DNA of 64,000 nt from Eledone cirrhosa (lineage: Eukaryota), in assembly GCA_964016885.1 (NCBI GenBank), contig OZ024740.1, positions 427,490,001 to 427,554,000 of the forward strand, given 5' to 3'. The position numbers and the translations under genes were made by a program. This document shows positions 56,289 to 64,000 of this stretch, piece after piece; position 1 is the first letter of the stretch; every line of letters begins with the position of its first letter. The notes below the pieces were generated by a model. The model was not told the DNA's origin, did no database searches, and saw only the letters and a list, made by a program, of their open reading frames with translations.

Positions 56289-56359
<71 letters not shown>

Positions 56360-56466
56360 TCCTCTCTCTTCCCCCTCTCTCTCTCCTCTCTCTCCTCTCT
56401 CATATCTCTCTCTCTCGACTACTCTATATATATATATTATATATATATAATATATATATATATATA

Positions 56467-56742
56467 TTAATAAAAGAAATTCCAACTTTGTCTGATTTAC
56501 TCGTTTTATTTACAATCCTTTAAAATTCTATAATGGTATTATAATGAAATAGTATGATAGAATATTAAATGTTCAAGTGTTAATTGAACAAGTACTTTCA
56601 TGCAATCTTCAGGTTCATAATGTGTGGTGACAGTCAAGTTTGCAATTTTCAACTGTAAATAAAACGAGTAAATCAGACAAAATTGAATTCCTTTTATTAA
56701 TATATCTTCTATACACAATCATACACACCCGTGTATATTTAT
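56467..56742 (-). mobile_element. HHR-bearing element with terminal inversion; second copy at 62110-62350
   Basis: 56467-56515 is inverted versus 56654-56700; HHR at 56585-56617 with shortened stem II. Confidence 0.7.
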
Positions 56743-56745
56743 ATA

Positions 56746-56788
<43 letters not shown>

Positions 56789-56794
56789 TATATA

Positions 56795-57415
56795 TACAAG
56801 TTAATATAAATTAATATATGATAAACACTAATATAAACATATAAGTGCTTGTATTGTAAATGACCAAGTTAGCTAGATTGAAAAATACTAATTAGATTAA
56901 TACAGTTTGCCTGTCTCGATTTAAAATAATAAATCAATAAATTTCTAGCAGCATGAGTATGGGGATAGCTAGGAGCTGGAAAACCATGTGCGTTAACTCC
57001 TAAGTATTTCGAGGTGAAACATGCTAATTTTCTGGATACCTGCCGATGACCACAGACATTGGAATTTTTCACTTTTTTAAATTATCGTGCGAAACTTATT
57101 TGGGTTTTGAAATTTAAATTTGTCTACGGAACAGGTTTGGATTTTGAATTTAAATTTGTCCAGGTATCACGGCTATTGCCAATATGGGTTTGTTTTTATT
57201 GATTTATTATTTAAATCGAGACAGGCAAACTGTATTAATCTAATTAGTATTTTTCAATCTAGCTAACTTGGTCGTTTACAATACAAGCACTTATATGTTT
57301 ATATTAGTGTTTATCATATATTAATTTATATTAACTTGTATTTCACGGCTCAGAAATGCTTCTTCTTTGAGCTAAATTAATTGTAAAAGACTGTTTGCGT
57401 TTATAACTCTAAATA
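56795..57415 (+). mobile_element. Second copy of long-stem-HHR fold-back element
   Basis: Arms 56795-56940 and 57195-57340; GAUACCUG-CCGAUGA...GAAA...GUC-CAGGUAUC at 57035-57168; (TA)n flanks. Confidence 0.8.
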
Positions 57416-57444
57416 CTAGATAATATATATATATATATATATAT

Positions 57445-57517
<73 letters not shown>

Positions 57518-57665
57518 GGGATAACAAGTTATCGTTTTAGGTAATCCAGTTATAGGTTGTGAGTAATCTACTATGGATAGTTTTAACGTACGGCGTTGTT
57601 TGACCGAAGGTTAGTTAGGTGGCGAGTTTACGAGAATTCCCATGTAGGTTATCTTGGAGTAATAG

Positions 57666-57791
57666 TAGCGAAAGTGTGAAGAATAACATGGTCGGCTGTA
57701 CAAACGGGTCTTATTTACAGTATTAACAATTGCTAATACTGTAAATAAACCTTTTTTGTAAGTCGACCATGTTATTCTTCACACTTTCACT

Positions 57792-57792
<1 letters not shown>
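57666..57792. repeat. Fold-back element adjoining (TA)n
   Basis: GAAAGTGTGAAGAATAACATGGTCG...CGACCATGTTATTCTTCACACTTTC. Confidence 0.8.
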
Positions 57793-57833
<41 letters not shown>

Positions 57834-57876
57834 TAATATATTATGTATGTATGTATGTATGTATGTATGAATGTAG

Positions 57877-57918
<42 letters not shown>

Positions 57919-58139
57919 ATGTAATTATATGGATGTACATAAGTATATGAATATATATACACACTGACACACACATACACACACAGAAACACACACGACA
58001 TTGAGCTAGAATTTTATCGCCACAAATATTTTTTATTTTCTTGAATATTTACGTTCAGGTTATTTTGTAGAAGTAGTCTCCCCCTTTCCATACCACCAAT
58101 GTTGTCCAAGAGAAACACAAAAGCCGACAATATTGGTAC

Positions 58140-58266
58140 CATTGGTGTCATACCGCTGAGTGAACTGCAAGAACGTGAAATAAAGTTCCTCGCCTGGTCT
58201 GGGTATCGATCTCAAAAACCTAACGATCATCAATCTAATGTTCCAATCACCAAGCCACACGCATTC
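58140..58266 (-). mobile_element. CORE-type SINE, internally deleted
   Basis: AACGTGAAATAAAGT and tRNA-like head complement. Confidence 0.55.
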
Positions 58267-58267
58267 G

Positions 58268-58335
<68 letters not shown>

Positions 58336-59446
58336 AGAGAGAGAACAACAAAGAAAGTGTGGTAAGAAACCAGGTGGACATAACGCACCAGGGTACTCGA
58401 TACTTTTGGATAGCAGAGTGGGTAATAGAAAAAGAGTCGGTACTCCGACCGACTGAGCCCCGGGCGTTTCGACAGCTAGATCCGAACGGATCTTTTCCTG
58501 TGTATATATATATATATATACAAGGAAGTTTGTTTTTCTTTCCATGACCGGAGTCTAATGAATGAAACATGTAAAATAAGAAATATAGAAAAAGAACGCT
58601 CCGGTACCATACGAACTCTGTTCATAGGAATGGGATTACAATACGATCATGTAAACAACATGAAGCTAACGTATGCGTATTACATAAAAATAGAGGGAAG
58701 TGATTGCAACTTTAACTAATTTGAACTATTATTGAGCATAGTATTTTTATCTTTATTTTGAAGACTTTAATACTTAAAAGACTTCTAAACATTAGTAGAC
58801 CCTGGAGAGTTAAATAAACGGTGGAGTGGACATATCAACTATGAGACGGTTATTGTGTTATTGATGCCGTCCGCTTTCCGGGGTTTCCGAGGTTAATAAA
58901 ATAAATATCAGTCAGCTTCTACTCGTTACAATTGACTGTTACTTCTTAGTAACATTTCTAGTCTTGTACATATGGAACAAAAATATACGAATGCAACTTT
59001 TAAGAGAAACTGGTAGATTAACAGATAGAGTGGAAGATGCAGAAAGCAAGGCAACAATTATTTAGTGTCAGGTAAATAGATGTAAAAGATGAAAATATTA
59101 TGAGATAAATGTAGGTCATAAGAAGTAGACGTTTAAAAATACATTCATCCCGAATCCAGGGTGCAGCAATAGAGCAGGTCACAGATACACAGAGAGAGGG
59201 GAGATGAAAGTATGAGAGAATAGAATGCATTACAGAAAAATACATTCGACATGCTCAGATAGTTATAGAAATACATAATATATTACTGCTTGGTTTTCAA
59301 GATGTCTGATATATCTGAAAACTGAACAGGAGACATAACTCAGACCTATATTTAAATTAATGTTTAAAATAAAGTTCTTCTAATTCCCTTATATGTTTGC
59401 AGAGAACAGTGAAAGTGGAAGTGATAAAATGAATATAAGTATATCG

Positions 59447-59567
59447 ATAATTGTTTCTACTATTGGCACAAAGCCAGCAATTATCCCAGTACATTACTGG
59501 TACCTTATTTTATCAACCCCGTAAGGATGAAAGGTAAAGTTAACCTCGGCGGGATTTGAACTCAGAA
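59447..59567 (-). mobile_element. SINE fragment (Nin/Deu-domain-like family)
   Basis: Colinear with 45138-45255. Confidence 0.75.
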
Positions 59568-59822
59568 TAATGGAATATAATGAAAGAAGAACATTAACAC
59601 CCTAGATAGTATGAGAATCGAACGTGCGACATGTTAATCTTTGATCTACATAATTGATTAAACAAATCTAACGTCGTTTTGACATTAGAAATTAAATAGC
59701 AGATGGGACACACAGGACACAAACATTGACAAGCTATTGAAATGTATAATAAATGCATATATATATACATATATACATAAACACACACACACACACATAT
59801 ATATATATACATATATATATAC

Positions 59823-59930
<108 letters not shown>

Positions 59931-59942
59931 CTATACATAATA

Positions 59943-60016
<74 letters not shown>

Positions 60017-60024
<8 letters not shown>

Positions 60025-60134
60025 AAGTTTGTCCTTCATCAGTGGCCTTCCAACCGTCGTAGGAATTTCATCAAAAGCGATGAAATGCCTACGACGGTTG
60101 GAAGGCCACTGATGAAGGACAAACTTTTTCATAT
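60017..60134. repeat. Fold-back element (56-bp arms) carrying CUGAUGA
   Basis: 60017-60072 versus 60079-60134; CTGATGA at 60109; (TA)n flanks. Confidence 0.85.
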
Positions 60135-60167
60135 GTAACCCATTTGCAACGTCGCAGCTCCATTATT

Positions 60168-60227
<60 letters not shown>

Positions 60228-61051
60228 ATAGGTATTTAGTGCATTAGTAGAGCATAGGTATAATCATTTTATTATAGAAATGATTTGTACATAAGCAGAA
60301 CTGTTTCATTCGTAAGTAATCATCTGGAGAGTCCTGATATATATATATATGGTGGCTGCCAACTCGTTTTCGAGTACGGCCACTACTTTATATCCATGTA
60401 GGAGAACCCCTACCGATGCGCTGAACGAGTGTGACTTTTTAGTCCAGCCAGCGACTTGAAAACTCTGGTACAAACACTACACTTGTGACAATTACTGACA
60501 CATAGTGCTGGGCCCATGGTACCATGTGACGACAAGTGCAGAGAGATCTCCAGATATAAAGCAATGCCTGTGCCGTGAAGCTTTTATAGTGAGCAAAGGC
60601 ACTGCACAAAGCCAGTCCCATTCTCTTAACCAAGATGATATTTACCAAAAAGAAGAACAAGTCAACATCATTGGATACCATCAGGGTTGCAGGTGTTATA
60701 TCAGAGTTTTCCTTCTCCTAGAATTCTGCCTTGACAAAGGCTAAGGGGTCATCTCTCCCGGTGATTTTGGATGGCCATTGACTCTTAAGAGCTCCTTTGC
60801 CCTTTGACAGGTTTTGTTTTTAGTCCTGCAGGATGTCCAAAGTCACCCTCCTCACCAAGAAACCTTGGTGGGGTTGCCAGTTTAGTCGCCAACGACCCGA
60901 CCATGGGACAGGTTGTACTGGGATACATGTTACCAGTAGCACCAACTGGTGACCTGACATATATATATATATAAATGTATACATACATACATACATACAT
61001 ACATACATACATACATACATACATACATACATACATACATACATACATCTC

Positions 61052-61107
<56 letters not shown>

Positions 61108-61718
61108 TACAACCATTTGATTCCATCACCCGTGAACAAAGCACATAAAGAAAATCAATTCCTGTATTGAACCCAATACAGTTATAAACCTATCGGCTAA
61201 TCGTGACCTTAGTCATGTTCGATTCTACCGTGAAAGTAACCAATGACCTGCATCCCATCCAAGTAGTCCCTAAACCAACCACTGACCCATAAAGCCCTGT
61301 ATGTATATATGCATATATAACTCTACGTTTATATGTGTTTGTGTATATACATAGTATTGTTGTGCGGGAGAATGGAGGCTCCATACAAAATTAGGGATTA
61401 ATAACATTTATGAAGATCAAGTCACAGCCGGCGACAAGACTCAACTTGAACAGAGTATTATATATACATGTACGCACACTCTTTTACTCACATATACACA
61501 CACATTTCTTCTTAGCTTCGTACGGACGTATAAACACACACACACACTCATATAACACACACACAGAGTTTCGGCTACACATAAGGCAGCAGTAGGGTGC
61601 ACTACACCCCGCTGTCCGCATTTATTATGCAACAATACATAATCGGTGCATGTGGCTTTATCAGCGGATTTCGCATAATCAATAATCATATATACATATA
61701 TACATACATACATATATA

Positions 61719-61794
<76 letters not shown>

Positions 61795-61837
61795 GGTTTT
61801 TCTCACATCAGGTTGGTTTGGTTACTCGGAGGTAATG

Positions 61838-62003
61838 TAAAATAAAATAATTAAGTCAAATATTTAAAATTTGGCTTCGTTAATTAAAGGTGTACTGCTA
61901 TATATATTTCAGTGACAGATAAGGAGTGCTGTCACCGAAATATATATAGCAGTACACCTTTAATAAGCGAAGCCAAAATTATAAATATTTGACTCAATTA
62001 TTT

Positions 62004-62010
<7 letters not shown>
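61838..62010. repeat. Fold-back element carrying two HHR 3' halves
   Basis: Arms around centre 61919-61928; GAAATATATATAGCAGT, identical to the 3' half of the 20559 HHR. Confidence 0.85.
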
Positions 62011-62080
<70 letters not shown>

Positions 62081-62271
62081 ATATAGATAGATAGATAGAT
62101 ATAGATAGGTAAATATACACGGGTGTGTATGATTGTGTATAGAAGATTATATTAATAAGAGGAATTCCAACTTTGTCTGATTTACTCGTTTTATTTACAA
62201 TCCTTTAAAATATATATAATATGGTATTATAATGAAATAGTATGATAGAATATTAAATTCTAAGTGTTAAT

Positions 62272-62310
62272 TGAACAAGTACTTTCATGCTTTCGCAATC
62301 TTCAGGTTCA
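62272..62310 (-). ncRNA. Minimal hammerhead with GNRA-capped stem II
   Basis: Minus: UGAAC-CUGAAGA-UUGC-GAAA-GCAU-GAAAGUACUU-GUUCA. Confidence 0.8.
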
Positions 62311-62772
62311 TGATATGTGGTGACAGTCGAGTTTGCAATTTTCAACTGTAATGAGATGGGTAAATTTACTACCTTTTATACATTTTATACAGAGAAAAGT
62401 GGCTCCAGAATGCAAAGCCCTGTAAACTGTATTTCGACCAATCAGTGTGTAGTTTCACTGAATTACTACAGCTGATTGGTTTAAGCGTCACGGCTGGTTG
62501 AGCATGCTAACGTCCAATAGTCATACCCCAACGTATCAATTGTTTTGCTTTTTGAAATGATTGAAAAATAGCATTTTCTATTAATCATCACCATCAACAT
62601 CACTTTTATTATTATTATTATTGTTGTTGTTGTTGTTGTTAGTGGTCGTGGTCATAGTGATAGTAGAAGTAATACCCCTAAGCGTTATTATTGTTCATTT
62701 AGCTTGGTTTGAATTTATCAATAACATTCTTTTCTTTGATTTTTCTCTTGATTTCACTTGGGCTGTGTAATT

Positions 62773-62906
62773 TGTAGAATGGGAATATTATAAATATTCC
62801 CCTGACCACATGTTGCCAGGTGGGCCGCTTAGGGGTATCTGACGGACACCCCCTAAGCGGCCACCCTGGCAACATGTGGTCAGGGAATATTTATAATATT
62901 CCTTCT

Positions 62907-62909
<3 letters not shown>
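62773..62909. repeat. GC-rich fold-back element adjoining (TA)n
   Basis: About 62-bp arms around ATCTGACGGAC. Confidence 0.85.
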
Positions 62910-62956
<47 letters not shown>

Positions 62957-63020
62957 TAGATAGATAGATAGATAGATATATATATATATATACTGTATAC
63001 ATATATATATACATATACAC

Positions 63021-63119
<99 letters not shown>

Positions 63120-63213
63120 ATATATATGCAAAAGTTTTATTTAAAATTGTTGGGTTACAACAAGTAAATATTTTGTAACTGATATAAAGCACTCAACAAG
63201 TATTGGAGTAGAT

Positions 63214-63538
63214 ATACGATATTAAACAAATTGGAAACTATATTTATAAAACCATATTTATTTCATTATACATATTTCGGGATACTATATTAAAAATATG
63301 GCATGCCTTCTTCAGATAAAATACAATATATAAACAGTTTTATAAATAATTTTGACGTACCAACTTCTTACATAAAAGTTGATCATATTTATGGTACGTC
63401 AAATTATTTATAAAACTGTTTATATATTGTATTTTATCTGAAGAAGGCATGCCATATTTTTAATATGGTATCCCCGAAATATGTATAATGAAATAAATAT
63501 GTTTTATAAATATAGTTTCCATTTGTTTAATATCGTAT
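63214..63538. repeat. Fold-back element with two outward-facing hammerheads
   Basis: Arms 63214-63362 and 63402-63538; HHR on + 63430-63495 and on - 63259-63323 (CUGAAGA core); related to the 22903 and 35340-35570 elements. Confidence 0.9.
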
Positions 63539-63563
63539 GTATATATATATATATATATATATA

Positions 63564-63646
<83 letters not shown>

Positions 63647-63674
63647 TATATGTATATAAATATATATATATACA

Positions 63675-63733
<59 letters not shown>

Positions 63734-63736
<3 letters not shown>

Positions 63737-63954
63737 AATTAATGAAATAAAAACAAAGAACAAGTTTCTTATATTAAACAATTCATCATTTTACGCTCGT
63801 TTCTAGGATGTATATGTGTGTTGGAATGTATATCATATATACATACCTTCACATATACATGCTGTCTTCATCCTAGAAACGATCGTAAAATGATGAATTT
63901 TTTAATATAAGCAACTTGTTCTTTGTTTTTATTTCATTGTTTTTATTAATTTAT
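63734..63954. repeat. Fold-back element with HHR 3' halves
   Basis: Arms flank an internal hairpin; GAAACGATCGTA palindromic stem-III motif. Confidence 0.8.
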
Positions 63955-64000
63955 CTTGACTGTTTTCCTATGATTTTAATCGAACATTTTTGAATGCATC

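Noticed and set aside
59017-59440. Possible small host exons (AG...GTAAAT; TTTGCAG)
   Set aside because: Splice-like words only, with no consistent reading frame or homology

Overview
AT-rich, repeat-saturated eukaryotic DNA. The SINE types and microsatellite load suggest a cephalopod such as octopus (inference). No intact host gene could be supported. Recognisable elements: a decayed R4/Dong-like RLE LINE containing a hAT MITE with a perfect 8-bp TSD, CRE-like RLE fragments, a nearly full-length Tx1/L1-clade LINE embedded in (TTA)n, two Penelope-like element (PLE) remnants with RT and/or GIY-YIG coding sequence, two SINE families, a 7.4-kb 63-bp satellite, minisatellites and many (TA)n/(CA)n tracts. 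The most striking unexplained structure is about two dozen type-I hammerhead ribozyme (HHR) motifs from many unrelated sequence families. Most sit in short, ORF-less fold-back elements next to (TA)n tracts, their inversion breakpoints often fall at the ribozyme core, and several families share a TTGAGTRC motif. This looks like a diverse, PLE-mobilised population of ribozyme-bearing hairpin elements. All coordinates and pairings were read by eye and may be off by a few bases.
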